This document shows positions 38,181 to 48,186 of a DNA stretch of 64,000 nt, piece after piece. The number at the start of each line of letters is the position of its first letter. Position 1 is the stretch's first letter. Under the pieces are notes generated by a model that worked only from the letters and a program-made list of their open reading frames with translations, ran no database searches and was not told where the DNA came from. Source of the DNA: Thermoanaerobaculia bacterium (lineage in GTDB: Bacteria; Acidobacteriota; Thermoanaerobaculia; Multivoradales; Multivoraceae); NCBI GenBank assembly GCA_963664405.1, contig OY761158.1, positions 5,024,001 through 5,088,000 on the forward strand, in the 5' to 3' direction. The translations under genes were made by a program, and so were the position numbers.

Positions 38181-38286
38181 ACCTATATTGGACGTATGAA
38201 TCGGGTGCCGGTGCTCTTCATGCGCTACCAGCGCCGGCGTTGGGTAGGTGACACCGCTCCAACTACTCTCAGAAAGTGAGCCAGCG

Positions 38287-38991
38287 ATGGGAAATCTGAC
38301 GTCAAGTCTCGAGCGGCTGCGAGAGTTGGGAGACCGCCAGATGGAGGAGGTCGGGATTGTTCCCTTCTTTCTCGTTTTAGCCCTGTCCCTGGCCAGTGCT
38401 CTATTCGTCGCCTACCTCTACTCGCGCTTCTATGGGAGTCGGCAGACCGGCACCGAGATGCATCGGGCGTTCCCGCTCTTGGGTCTGTCGATCACCGCGA
38501 TCTTCATCTGCATCCAGTTCTCTCTGCCGCTGTCTCTGGGCCTTCTCGGCGCTCTTTCGATCGTGCGTTTTCGCACCCCCGTCAAGGAGCCGGAGGAGAT
38601 CGGCTTTCTGATGGTGGTGATTGCCGCCTCGCTCGCCTGCGCCACCTTTAACTTCGCCTTCCTCGCCATCCTCCTGGTGATCGCTCTGGTTGCTGCGGCT
38701 ACCGGAGACAGGATCTGGGGGAAGCTTGGTGGCGGTGGCCGTAGCGGAGTCGTTCTTCTTTCGGCCGCTGTTGCCGAGTTTGACCAGAAGCGGGCGACGG
38801 TGCTGTCTCTGTTGGCAGAACGGATTCGCCGCGGGCGACTCGAGAGTCTTGCGCGTCATGACGGGGAGATGGTCCTCACCTACAGTTTCCGGGATCTCAC
38901 ACCGAGCACGCTCGCGGATCTGGAACAGGAGCTGAGCGGTGCCGTCGAGTCATCTCGCGTCAGCGTCGCGTATCAGAGGTCGGGGGTGTGA
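38287..38991 (+). CDS. DUF4956 family membrane protein
   Basis: IQFSLPLSLGLLGALSIVRFRTPVKEPEEIGF. Confidence 0.88.
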   Translation: MGNLTSSLERLRELGDRQMEEVGIVPFFLVLALSLASALFVAYLYSRFYGSRQTGTEMHRAFPLLGLSITAIFICIQFSLPLSLGLLGALSIVRFRTPVKEPEEIGFLMVVIAASLACATFNFAFLAILLVIALVAAATGDRIWGKLGGGGRSGVVLLSAAVAEFDQKRATVLSLLAERIRRGRLESLARHDGEMVLTYSFRDLTPSTLADLEQELSGAVESSRVSVAYQRSGV

Positions 38992-40445
38992 AGCCTGAGC
39001 GTGGCCGTTCACGGCCGCGGTGGGTCGGGCTGGTTCTGCTGGCCCTTGCAACGACTTCGATCGTCGCTGCCGCCCTCTTTCTCGAGGGGTGGGAGGGGAT
39101 GGACCCCTTGCGGCAGGCGCTGCCGCCGACGGAAGTGGATGCGCGGGCGTTCGGCGTGGGCAAGCTCGACCGTCTGCTCTTCGAGCTCGGCGTGATCCAC
39201 GCCGTCACCTTCGACGAAGAGACGGCCAGGCGATCCGGAGTCCGCGACGGACCGGCCAAGTGGCGGGTCGGCAAGGTCGACGCGGAGTCGCTGCCCAGCT
39301 CCCTCGCCGTTCCCCGCCAGGTGGTGGAGAGCGGAGTGCGGGTGCTCTCACTGGTGCTCGAGCCGGAAGACTGGGAGTTCCTCGAGACGCATGCACGGGG
39401 TCGGGGGCTCGAATCGGAGCGCCCGGCATACGCTAGCCTGTATGAAGGCGGCGAGCTCCTGTTGGCCTCCGGCGTCGGCGTGCGCGTTCATGGCGGTCGC
39501 AGCCGTCGCCACGAGAGCGCAAGAAGTCTGCGCCTTTACTTCGACCGGAGCTACGGCATCGCCGGCGCTCCGGCTTCACGATTCGGATGGCAGCACGGTG
39601 GGGAGGTGGATCGGTTGGTGGTGCACAACGACCTACGCTGGGACTACGAGGGAGCGGAGTGGCGCTCGGCCAGCCCGCTCGCCTACGACCTTGCCCGGCA
39701 GATCGGCGCGCTGGCTCCCGAGACCTCGCCGGCCCTGCTCTTCGTCAACGGTGAGCCGTATGGACTCTTCTTCCTCACCGAGCGGCTAGATAGCGACTAT
39801 CTGCAGCGGCACTTCGGTCACGAGGACTTCGTCTTCCTGCGCACCAAGAGTGATGTCGGAGCTCGGCGCTGGCAGCAGGGCAACCGCGATCTGTTTCTCT
39901 GGCTGCAGGCCCGCGTGAGGGCACTTCCCGGTAGCGAGCTGGATCAGCTCGAGACCCTTGTCGATGTCGACAACCTCATCCGCTGGTTCCTCTCGGTCGC
40001 CTTCTGCGGCACCACCGATCCCTTTCAGGGGCCCCTGCTGCGGGACGCTTCGAGCCCCACCGGCCGCTGGTTCTGGGTCAACTGGGATATGGACCACAGT
40101 TTCATGAATACCCGCGCCAGTGCCCTGCCACCCTGGGAGATCGACCTGTTTTCCTGGATCCTCGAGGGGCGGCACCCCGACCTGCGAGCGATTCTGCTGC
40201 GCCGTCTGTGGAAAGGAAGCCCCGAGTTTCGCGGCCGCGTTAGTTCGGCGTTCGAGGAGATGCTCGACCAGCGTCTGACCGACGATTTCCTCGACGAGCG
40301 CTATGCCCACTATCGCCGGGTCGCGGCGGAGTATGAGGTCGATAACGACGACTATCTGGGGGTCATGGGCGAGTTTCTTGTGCGGCGAAAGGCGGTTGTT
40401 CGGCGTCAGATGAAGGGTCTGCTGGCCACCTCTTCCAGCGACTGA
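38988..40445 (+). CDS. CotH kinase family protein, N-terminal membrane anchor
   Basis: GVRVHGG.SR....RSLRLYF, LFVNGE.YG.F.L.E, W..WD.D. Confidence 0.8.
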   Translation: MKPERGRSRPRWVGLVLLALATTSIVAAALFLEGWEGMDPLRQALPPTEVDARAFGVGKLDRLLFELGVIHAVTFDEETARRSGVRDGPAKWRVGKVDAESLPSSLAVPRQVVESGVRVLSLVLEPEDWEFLETHARGRGLESERPAYASLYEGGELLLASGVGVRVHGGRSRRHESARSLRLYFDRSYGIAGAPASRFGWQHGGEVDRLVVHNDLRWDYEGAEWRSASPLAYDLARQIGALAPETSPALLFVNGEPYGLFFLTERLDSDYLQRHFGHEDFVFLRTKSDVGARRWQQGNRDLFLWLQARVRALPGSELDQLETLVDVDNLIRWFLSVAFCGTTDPFQGPLLRDASSPTGRWFWVNWDMDHSFMNTRASALPPWEIDLFSWILEGRHPDLRAILLRRLWKGSPEFRGRVSSAFEEMLDQRLTDDFLDERYAHYRRVAAEYEVDNDDYLGVMGEFLVRRKAVVRRQMKGLLATSSSD

Positions 40446-40472
40446 TCTACGTTCAAGCCTGCTCGTTCCTCC

Positions 40473-42689
40473 TCAGCCGTCGCCCAGGTCGACCCGTTGC
40501 AACGCCGCCTTGGTGACGATGCGCAACTGATCCGCGTCTTCGTGACCTCCGGCGTTGACCCCGCCGCCTTTGAGATCGATGACGATCGTTCTCCTGTCTT
40601 CGAGGATCTTCCAACTGTCGTCACCGGCTGCGACAGACGTGCGGCGCTCCCCCGCTCCGCCGAAATTGGGGTTGGCAAAGGCGAGAAAGTCGCTACCGGG
40701 GAGAGTCCTCAAACCAACCGAGACACCGAGGATCTCGTCGTCGAAGGTGATCCTCGCGCCCTCGAGCTTGGTGGCGGCGGTGGGGTTGTAGTGAAAGAGG
40801 TAGCTGTGAACCACCGTGCCGGCGGCAATAGAAGCCCCCGACGGCGGATGGCTCTCGTCGTAGGTCGCGGCTGCACCATCGCTGTCAACCTTCAGATCCT
40901 CCTCGAGGGTCGCGAACTGCCGCTCGACCACCAGCTCCGCCCGGCCCGCCGGTGTATTCCGACCGGCCGCCGACAGGTCGTCCGGAACGGTGTCGTCATC
41001 TTTGTCACCGAGAATCTCGACTCGCTCAGCCGAGGCGATACGGGTGTCGTAGTCGGCGCCGTCGCGGCTGGCCGCGGCCTCGACCTCGAACCAGGTGGTG
41101 AGCTCTTCGCGCAGGGATGCGAAGATCCGCTGGATCTCTTGTGGCTTCGAGGCGATGTTCGCGCTGGTGGCGACCGCCGCCGCCTCACGCGGGTCTTCGA
41201 TCAGGTCGTAGAGCTCCCACGTTCTTCCATGGCTGTTGGTGATCAACTTGTAGCTGTCATCGATGATCGACCGCCCGCCGCCGACCTTGGTCAACCCTCC
41301 ACCCCGGCCACGACCGGCGCTGTCGCAGTCCTCGGGCTCGTCGGCACCACGCTCAGGGGAGGGATCTCCACAGTGCTCGAACTCGATACGGCCGGCACGC
41401 CGAGTGGAGCGATCGCCGAAGATCACCTCGGTCATCGACTCGCCGTCGAGCGGCCGTGCATCGGGCATCTCCAGGCCCCAAATATCCATCAGCGTCGGCA
41501 GATAGTCGTGAGTGATCATCGCGGTATCGGTCTCGCCGGGAGCGATGTGCCCGGGCCACTCGATCAGGCCTGGCACGCGCACGCCGCCCTCCCAGAGGGC
41601 GCCCTTCCGGCCACGCAGCCCGCCGGTCGCGTTGTCCCAAAGGGGCGTACCGGGAGTCGCCGTGCCACGACTCTGCGACGGACCGGCACCGTTGTCGGAA
41701 GTGAAGCTGAGCAGGGTTTCACCCTCGATGCCGATGCTGCGCAGATGGGCGCGCAGCCGGCCGATCTCATGATCCATCGCCGTGAGCTGGGAGTAGAGCG
41801 TCTTCGCCCTGTCGTCGATCTGCGCCTGCTCGGCGGCGCTGTAAAAGATGTCCAGGGTCTTCTGGTGCAACCGCACCGGAACGTGGGGAGTGTGGAACCA
41901 GACCACGGCGAGGAAGGGGCGCTTCGCCGCGACCGCATCGTCGATGAGGCGGATGGTCTCGCGGATGACGATCGCCGAATCGTCGCCCGCGAGATCGGGC
42001 GAGTCGATGTCGACGGACTCCTCGTGGCCGGTAAAGTAATGGCCGCCGTGAAAGTTGCCCTCACTGGGGAGCGGGCCCGCCGGATCCCTGCGCATCGGCT
42101 CGAAGGTCGGCACCGCCTGCGGCGTGACGAAGCTGCGATCGTAGCCATGGTGCCAGGGCGCCGAGTAGAACTGACCGCCGGTGGTACCTTGGCATCCACG
42201 TGGCGCCCACTCGCCGTCGGCACCGGGGCAGTGGGCGAATTCGCCTCCGCCCCTCTCGGCTGCCTTGTCCAGATCGCCCAGGTGCCACTTGCCGAAGTGC
42301 CCGGTCATATACCCTTGCGTTTTGGCCAGCTCGGCCACCGTCAGCTCGAGATTCTTCATGCCACCGTCGTAGGCGTTGTCGACGTCGTTGCGGCGCGGGC
42401 CGCGGCCGGTTATGAACGAGGCCCGCGTCGGGCTGCAGCGCGACGAAGCGGCATACATGCGGTTGAATTTGAGGCCCCCTTCGGCCATCGCCCGCAGGCT
42501 GGGTGTCTTGAGCTGAGGATGGCCTGGGTAGACATTGCCGGGGCTCAGCTTCTCCGGATAGTCGACATCGCCCCAGCCCTGGTCGTCACTCAACATCAGA
42601 ATGACGTTGGGTCGCGACGGCGGCACCTTGGCAAGCGCCGCAACCGCGAAGCTCGAGAAAAGGACGCTGATCAGTGCTGTTCGTACCAT
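40473..42689 (-). CDS. Sulfatase with extra C-terminal domain, paralog of 61781-63997
   Basis: PNVILMLSDDQGWG, CSPTRAS, GKWHLG, SDNG, GRKG.LWEGGVRVP. Confidence 0.9.
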   Translation of the reverse strand: MVRTALISVLFSSFAVAALAKVPPSRPNVILMLSDDQGWGDVDYPEKLSPGNVYPGHPQLKTPSLRAMAEGGLKFNRMYAASSRCSPTRASFITGRGPRRNDVDNAYDGGMKNLELTVAELAKTQGYMTGHFGKWHLGDLDKAAERGGGEFAHCPGADGEWAPRGCQGTTGGQFYSAPWHHGYDRSFVTPQAVPTFEPMRRDPAGPLPSEGNFHGGHYFTGHEESVDIDSPDLAGDDSAIVIRETIRLIDDAVAAKRPFLAVVWFHTPHVPVRLHQKTLDIFYSAAEQAQIDDRAKTLYSQLTAMDHEIGRLRAHLRSIGIEGETLLSFTSDNGAGPSQSRGTATPGTPLWDNATGGLRGRKGALWEGGVRVPGLIEWPGHIAPGETDTAMITHDYLPTLMDIWGLEMPDARPLDGESMTEVIFGDRSTRRAGRIEFEHCGDPSPERGADEPEDCDSAGRGRGGGLTKVGGGRSIIDDSYKLITNSHGRTWELYDLIEDPREAAAVATSANIASKPQEIQRIFASLREELTTWFEVEAAASRDGADYDTRIASAERVEILGDKDDDTVPDDLSAAGRNTPAGRAELVVERQFATLEEDLKVDSDGAAATYDESHPPSGASIAAGTVVHSYLFHYNPTAATKLEGARITFDDEILGVSVGLRTLPGSDFLAFANPNFGGAGERRTSVAAGDDSWKILEDRRTIVIDLKGGGVNAGGHEDADQLRIVTKAALQRVDLGDG

Positions 42690-43813
42690 TCTGTCTCCAG
42701 TAGGCGCGCTCCGCGCATGGTCATGCCCATCGAGTAGTTGCCCTCGTGGCAGGCGTACTCGTAAATGCGCTGGTCGGTTCTGAGCCATGGCGACGAGCCG
42801 CCCCAGGTGGCCTCGTAGTCGGGGTCGTCGACGCTGAACTCCCAGGACAGGCTCCCGTCGGCCTGCGGGGTGAAGCGTTCCACGATGTGCAGGCCGTGGT
42901 GGGGAACGTTCGCATAGCGCAGAAAATTGGTGCTGTCGACCACCAGAGTGTCGCCCTCGAACCAGCCGATGGCGTCGCCGCTGAACGAGGCGAGCTCCGG
43001 TGGCCGGTGCTCGACGGGGCGCCCCTTGGCGGCGAGGCGGATGACGCGCGCCCAGTGCAGGAGCTCGGCGAGGATCACGACGTGCGTCTCGGTCTGGGTG
43101 ATGCCGTAGTAGGCGCCGTATCCCCGGCGCAGCGCGGGGACGGTCCCCCTGTCGTAGTAGATGCAGCGCTCCCAAAGGCCGAGGATCTCCGGATGGTCGA
43201 AGATGCGATGCTTGCCATCGTTGGTGGGGATCATCCGCCCTCCAACCCCGGCGACTTCACCCACCCCCATCCACCAGGCGCCCTCGGGATTGGGCGGGCC
43301 CATACGATCGCCGGTGGTGAACGCCGGCCGCCTCTTCTTTCCCTCCTCGGAGACCGCCGGCATGCGGCCGTTCGGCGGGTCGGTGAGGACCGAGTTGCGG
43401 TACTTGCCGTCGACCTGGAAGGCGATCGTGCCCATGTCGAGCAAGGCGAAGCCGTTCCCGCCGGTGACCCTGCCTCCGCCGTAGCCACCTATCGGCGGCG
43501 CACTCCGATTCGGATCGCCGGGAGTACCCTCCGCGGCCAATCTTGCCGCCATCGCGCCTTCGATCTTTCCGGCGTCGGCCTCGTCCATGTACAGGTTGTT
43601 GCCATATTTCGGATGGCGCTGGATGGGCGTCAGTGTGTTGATGGTGTAGGTACCCGTCAGATCCGGCTCGCCGCCCGGCATGCGAGGGATGCCGCGTTCG
43701 GCAGCTACCACCGTCGTGGTGGAAGCAGCGATGCCGACGACGAGAGCCACGACCCTCTTTGCGATCGAGGAACGCTTCTCGCTCGACATCCACATGGTCA
43801 AGTCCTCTCTCAT
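42671..43813 (-). CDS. Uncharacterised exported protein (YEYACHEGN family)
   Basis: IPRMPGGEPDLTG, GDAIGWFEGDTLVVDS, YEYACHEGN. Confidence 0.75.
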   Translation of the reverse strand: MREDLTMWMSSEKRSSIAKRVVALVVGIAASTTTVVAAERGIPRMPGGEPDLTGTYTINTLTPIQRHPKYGNNLYMDEADAGKIEGAMAARLAAEGTPGDPNRSAPPIGGYGGGRVTGGNGFALLDMGTIAFQVDGKYRNSVLTDPPNGRMPAVSEEGKKRRPAFTTGDRMGPPNPEGAWWMGVGEVAGVGGRMIPTNDGKHRIFDHPEILGLWERCIYYDRGTVPALRRGYGAYYGITQTETHVVILAELLHWARVIRLAAKGRPVEHRPPELASFSGDAIGWFEGDTLVVDSTNFLRYANVPHHGLHIVERFTPQADGSLSWEFSVDDPDYEATWGGSSPWLRTDQRIYEYACHEGNYSMGMTMRGARLLETEWYEQH

Positions 43814-43818
43814 CGCCC

Positions 43819-45948
43819 TCACTCTCCTCGCTTCTCCCCCGCAAGCCGATAGCTGATCAGGCTCGGCACCGCACCGCCCACCATCAGCGCAATGTGCTGA
43901 CGGCCGTCCGATAGATAGGTCATCGGCGTACCGACGCCGCCGCCGGGCAGATCGATCGCGGCCACCTGCTTGCCCGATGTCTTGTCGTAGGCCACCAGCT
44001 GCGGGCCGTCGTCGGTGCCGCCGCTGGTCAGCGCATGGATGAGCAGGGTCTTGGTGAGCAGCGATCCGGCCCGACTGTGGTCGCCGCCGAGCTCCGGCAG
44101 ATCGAGATCGCGCAGAATCGGGTGATCTTGGTAGCGGGCGCCCCGACCGAGCGGGGTGGTCCAGAGCTGCTCGCCGCGGTTCATGTCGAAGGCCGTCATC
44201 TGCGAATAGGGTGGCTTCCACAGTGGCAGCCCCTGGGGCATGACCGGGCGTTGCCGGGGATTGCCCGCCGCCAGGAACGCGGCTTCTCTAGCTTCGGGTC
44301 GTTGCCGGGAGCGTTCGAAGAAGAGCCGGAAAAAGCTGGGAGCGTCGGTGCGCTTCGAGATGTAGCGCATGCCCTCCTCCGCGCTGCCGTCGCGGAAGCG
44401 AATAACCGAGTGACTGTTGGCGGCCGGCACGTAGAGCACACCCGTCTCCGGATCGACCGCGGCTCCCGACCAGTTGGCCCCACCCCCCGCATGGGGTCGG
44501 AAGATCGTCCCCCGCAGGGTGAGCGGCGTGTAGAGGGGGCCGAGGCGGAATCCCTTCACCGTCGCCATGGCCATCTCCCGGATCTCGGGGGTGAAGTCGG
44601 CGAGGTCTTCGAGGCGGGCGCCCTGAGCCGCGAACGGAGGCGGCTTGGTCGGAAAGGGCTGCGTGGGCGACATGATCTCGCCCTCGAGGTCGGTGTCGGT
44701 CGGCACCGGGCGCTCTTCGATGGGCCAGATCGGCTCACCGGTCACGCGGTCGAAGGTGTAGACGAAGCCCTGCTTGGTGACCTGGGCAATAACCTTTCTC
44801 CGCCGCCCGTCGACGTTGATGTCGAGAAGGTTGGGCGCGGCCGGGATGTCGTAGTCCCAAACGCCGTGGTGAATGAGCTGGAAGTGCCACACCCGCTCTC
44901 CGGTTGCGGCGTCGAGACACACGATGCTGTTGGAGAAAAGATTGTCGCCGAGACGAGGACCGCCGTAGTGATCGGGCGACGGCGCCGAAGTGGGCACATA
45001 GACATAGCCGAGCTCGGCATCGGCGCTCAGGGGGCCCCACGCGTTGGCGTTCCCCGAGTAGCGCCACGACCCATCGAGCCAGGTCTCGGCGCCGTCTTCG
45101 TCGGCGCTCTGGGGGATGATGTGAAACTCCCACAGGCGTTCGCCGGTGCGCGCGTCGTGGGCGAAGATGAAGCCAGGCGGCGCCTCTAGGAAGGGGGTGA
45201 AGTCGGTGTGGCTGGTCCCCACGACGATGATGTCGCCAACGATGAGCGGCGCGGCCGAGCGCGAGCCGACCGGTAGAGGAAAAGGATCGTCGGTCGCGCG
45301 GGGAGAGCGCGGGAGATCGGCGATCAGATCGACGCGTCCGCCGTCCCCGAACTCCGCTGCCGGAAGGCCGGTCTTGGCGTCGACGGCGATGAGGTATCCG
45401 GCGGAGGTCCCCCACACGATGCGGGCCTCGCCGTCCCCCTCCCAGTAGGCCACGCCGCGGTGGCCTCTGCCGGTCGGGAGTGAAGCCTCGGTATAGGTGC
45501 GCGGGTCATGCACCCACAGCGTCGACCCGGTGCGCGCGTCGATTGCCGCTGCCTGATCGAGCGTGGTGCTCACATAGAGCACACCGTCGACGGCGAGCGG
45601 CGTCGCCGAGGCGGCACGGATCGAAGGACGGCGAACCCAGAGATCGGGCTGCTCCTCGGCCACGCGATCGAAGACCACCCCCGCAGCCACCAGCGACGCG
45701 CCGCGCTCTCCGGCCACCACCAGATGGGTATCTACTGACTCCCAGCGCCACGCTGGCTCGAGATCGCCGAAGTTCTCGGCCGTGATCTGATCCAGCGGCG
45801 AATACTTACTCCCCCAGGTGTCGGCGGCGTAGGTGCGCCACTCGCCCTCCCTCGCACCCGGCTGTGCCGATACGGAGCCTGCCGCCAAAGCGCAAGTCAA
45901 GCTCAACGCTGGTCTAGATAGGTGCATCACACTTACGAAGTCTCTCAT
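43819..45948 (-). CDS. PQQ-dependent dehydrogenase (quinoprotein glucose dehydrogenase-like)
   Basis: YSPLDQI..EN..DL..AW, TPL.VDGVLY, WHFQ.IHH.VWDYD, GGANW.G.A.DP, KPPY, TPMTY..DGRQ. Confidence 0.9.
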   Translation of the reverse strand: MRDFVSVMHLSRPALSLTCALAAGSVSAQPGAREGEWRTYAADTWGSKYSPLDQITAENFGDLEPAWRWESVDTHLVVAGERGASLVAAGVVFDRVAEEQPDLWVRRPSIRAASATPLAVDGVLYVSTTLDQAAAIDARTGSTLWVHDPRTYTEASLPTGRGHRGVAYWEGDGEARIVWGTSAGYLIAVDAKTGLPAAEFGDGGRVDLIADLPRSPRATDDPFPLPVGSRSAAPLIVGDIIVVGTSHTDFTPFLEAPPGFIFAHDARTGERLWEFHIIPQSADEDGAETWLDGSWRYSGNANAWGPLSADAELGYVYVPTSAPSPDHYGGPRLGDNLFSNSIVCLDAATGERVWHFQLIHHGVWDYDIPAAPNLLDINVDGRRRKVIAQVTKQGFVYTFDRVTGEPIWPIEERPVPTDTDLEGEIMSPTQPFPTKPPPFAAQGARLEDLADFTPEIREMAMATVKGFRLGPLYTPLTLRGTIFRPHAGGGANWSGAAVDPETGVLYVPAANSHSVIRFRDGSAEEGMRYISKRTDAPSFFRLFFERSRQRPEAREAAFLAAGNPRQRPVMPQGLPLWKPPYSQMTAFDMNRGEQLWTTPLGRGARYQDHPILRDLDLPELGGDHSRAGSLLTKTLLIHALTSGGTDDGPQLVAYDKTSGKQVAAIDLPGGGVGTPMTYLSDGRQHIALMVGGAVPSLISYRLAGEKRGE

Positions 45949-46041
45949 TGACTAGGAGTCCGCGCGGCAGGACTCCGGATGCGCCGTCCTCGGCGCCATG
46001 TTATCTCGGCGGAGCAAATGATAATTCATCATTTGTGGGGC

Positions 46042-46491
46042 CTAGTTTTCGGTGCTGGTGCGAGCCTCGATGATGATCGATTGGAGCGATTCAGTGTCGA
46101 GCGGCAATTCGCTCTCGCCGGCAGGAAAGCCGTTCCTCTGCAGCATGAAGCTGACGATGTCGACGTAGGCCTGAAGGCTGAGACCGGCAGGGGCTCCCTC
46201 CGGCATCGTCGTACGAGAGACCAAGACCAGATCGGCAACCGAGAGCTCACTCCAGCGGATGTTGAAGGGTTCGCCGATCAGGGACGGAATGCCGGCGCCC
46301 GACAGATCGTCGAGGTGGCACTCCGCGCATGACTGCTGGTACTCCTGCTCACCCCTCTTCGCCTGCTCGGTGGTGAAGACACCGTTCCATACCGACGGCT
46401 GGCCCTCAGCGGTCGCCACCGCATCAGTGGCTACGCCGTAGACGCAGCCGGCGAGGACCAAGACCACGACGACGGGAATGTACGAAAGCAT
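46042..46491 (-). CDS. Monoheme cytochrome c
   Basis: SVW.GVFT.EQA.RG...Y...CAECH, TMP. Confidence 0.88.
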   Translation of the reverse strand: MLSYIPVVVVLVLAGCVYGVATDAVATAEGQPSVWNGVFTTEQAKRGEQEYQQSCAECHLDDLSGAGIPSLIGEPFNIRWSELSVADLVLVSRTTMPEGAPAGLSLQAYVDIVSFMLQRNGFPAGESELPLDTESLQSIIIEARTSTEN

Positions 46492-46533
46492 AAAGGTAAT
46501 CTTCTCCAGTCAGCGACAATGCTGTCTATGAGT

Positions 46534-46560
46534 ATTGTTACAGGGGCTCCAAAGTGTGAC
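46534..46560 (-). promoter_or_regulatory. Bipartite motif upstream of the cytochrome c / PQQ-DH / sulfatase operon
   Basis: GTCACACTT-N10-GTAACAAT on minus strand. Confidence 0.55.
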
Positions 46561-46638
46561 AGGGGTCTTGTCGTTCGCGTTGGCCGCTTCTAAGCTAAAA
46601 GAAACCGTATCCGCACCATCGCTCGAGACCGCCAGATC

Positions 46639-46723
46639 GAGGTCACGAAGACGCGGATCAATTGCGCATCGTCACCAAGGCGGCGTTGCAGCGGGTCGAG
46701 GTGGCCTACGGCTGAGGGGGAAC
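46639..46723 (+). pseudogene. 3' tip of a third sulfatase paralog
   Basis: Reverse-complement match to 40465-40549 (HEDADQLRIVTKAALQRV...stop). Confidence 0.8.
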
Positions 46724-46729
46724 CAAAGA

Positions 46730-47776
46730 ATGAGGGCAAGTTTTGCAGGAACCGCGGTCTTCTCCCTTCTGACGGCTTCGATAATCCTGGGGGGTGGCCC
46801 TCTGAGTGGAAGCGATGAGGACACACTTCCTCATTTCAGCTTCTTCGTGACCAGCCTCAGAGCGATGCAGGATCTCTCGGGCAATCCGAGTGGCTTTGGT
46901 GGAGATCTTCGTTTTGGTGAGACGGGTCCGGGGGCCGGCCTGCGAGGGGCAGACAAGATCTGTACCACCCTAGCCGAGAGGAGCATGCCGGGGTCGTCGG
47001 CCAAAGAATGGCGTGCGTTCCTGAGTGTGACCGCCGATGAGAATGGCCGGCAGGTGGATGCGATCGATCGCATCGGAGAGGGCCCGTGGTACGACCGCCT
47101 CGGTAGACTGGTGGCTCAGGCCAAGGCCGACCTGCTGCACGACCGCCCACAAAACGGCGATCCAACGATACAGAATGACCTCCCCAATGAGGATGGTGTC
47201 CCGAACCACCAGCCCGATCCAAACCGACCGCTACAGGAGAACCACCACACGATGACCGGCTCGACGAGGCAAGGAACACTCTTCCCCTCCTGCCCTCGCG
47301 ACCCGGGATGCCGGGACGAGTGCCTGGAGGCGGTCACCGACAACCCCCAGGGCTGCCTCGATTACTGCATGGAAGACGGCACCGACGAGGCCACATGCCA
47401 ACGCCGATGCACGGATCACTTCATCCCCACGGCTTTCTGCAGTCACAACTGTCTAGGCCCCCGTGGGCAGATCGAGTGCGACAATCCTTATTCCTCCGCC
47501 ACCTGCAACGATTGGACGACCTCCGAGGGCGGCGGCGGCCGCGGCAAGGGGCCCCGCATCGGATTGTCCTGGCCACGTATGAACCCGTCCCCCCAACGGC
47601 ATACGACGTGGGCCCAGCATTGGCTTTCCTTCTGGTCCTCACCAGGCTGTGAACCAGGCGGCGAGGCCATTGAACGCTCTCGCGGACGCTTGGACCGACA
47701 AGCTAAAGAGGTGAGGCCAACCGTGGGCGGGGGAGGCGGCTATGGCGGGATCTACTGCTTCGCTCTCGAACCCTGA
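46730..47776 (+). CDS. Secreted endostatin/DUF1554-like protein, paralog 2, with Cys-rich insert
   Basis: Same core as 37090-37974; insert contains CRDEC, CLDYC, CQRRC, CSHNC. Confidence 0.7.
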   Translation: MRASFAGTAVFSLLTASIILGGGPLSGSDEDTLPHFSFFVTSLRAMQDLSGNPSGFGGDLRFGETGPGAGLRGADKICTTLAERSMPGSSAKEWRAFLSVTADENGRQVDAIDRIGEGPWYDRLGRLVAQAKADLLHDRPQNGDPTIQNDLPNEDGVPNHQPDPNRPLQENHHTMTGSTRQGTLFPSCPRDPGCRDECLEAVTDNPQGCLDYCMEDGTDEATCQRRCTDHFIPTAFCSHNCLGPRGQIECDNPYSSATCNDWTTSEGGGGRGKGPRIGLSWPRMNPSPQRHTTWAQHWLSFWSSPGCEPGGEAIERSRGRLDRQAKEVRPTVGGGGGYGGIYCFALEP

Positions 47777-47787
47777 CCAGTCGAGGT

Positions 47788-48186
47788 TCAACGCCAGACC
47801 TCGACCTGCATGACGTCGAAGTGATGGTCGAAGGTCCAGACGGGCACTGCGAGGCGCTCTGCGACTTCGCCTAGTACGGCATCGAAGAGGGTGATGTCCT
47901 GATCCGGATACCTGCGCACCCGCTCGCACGCGGCCTCGACGTCGACGCCGAGGGGTTGGATACGGCCGGTGCCGAGCTCGATCTCCCGTAGCCATCGATG
48001 GGCCACAGAGAGGCCGAGGCGATGAAGCACCAGGGAGTATGACTCCATCAGAATCGGCGCTGCGAGACCGACGGCCCAACCACCGGCGCCGAGCCGTTCG
48101 AGCTCAGTCTGCGATCGCTTGTGGTGTCGATCGTCCGGGTCGACAAGCGCGTAGAGCGGGCCGGTGTCGGCGAGCGCGATTCTCAC
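47788..48186 (-). CDS. vapC: VapC PIN-domain toxin
   Basis: ALADTGPLYAL.D.DD..H, ITLFDA, VWTFD.HF. Confidence 0.88.
   Translation of the reverse strand: MRIALADTGPLYALVDPDDRHHKRSQTELERLGAGGWAVGLAAPILMESYSLVLHRLGLSVAHRWLREIELGTGRIQPLGVDVEAACERVRRYPDQDITLFDAVLGEVAERLAVPVWTFDHHFDVMQVEVWR

Noticed and set aside
40473-44221. Long N-terminal extensions in ORF-track calls (also 17583, 37384, 46535, 51171)
   Set aside because: They overlap upstream genes; signal peptides and stop/start coupling indicate later starts
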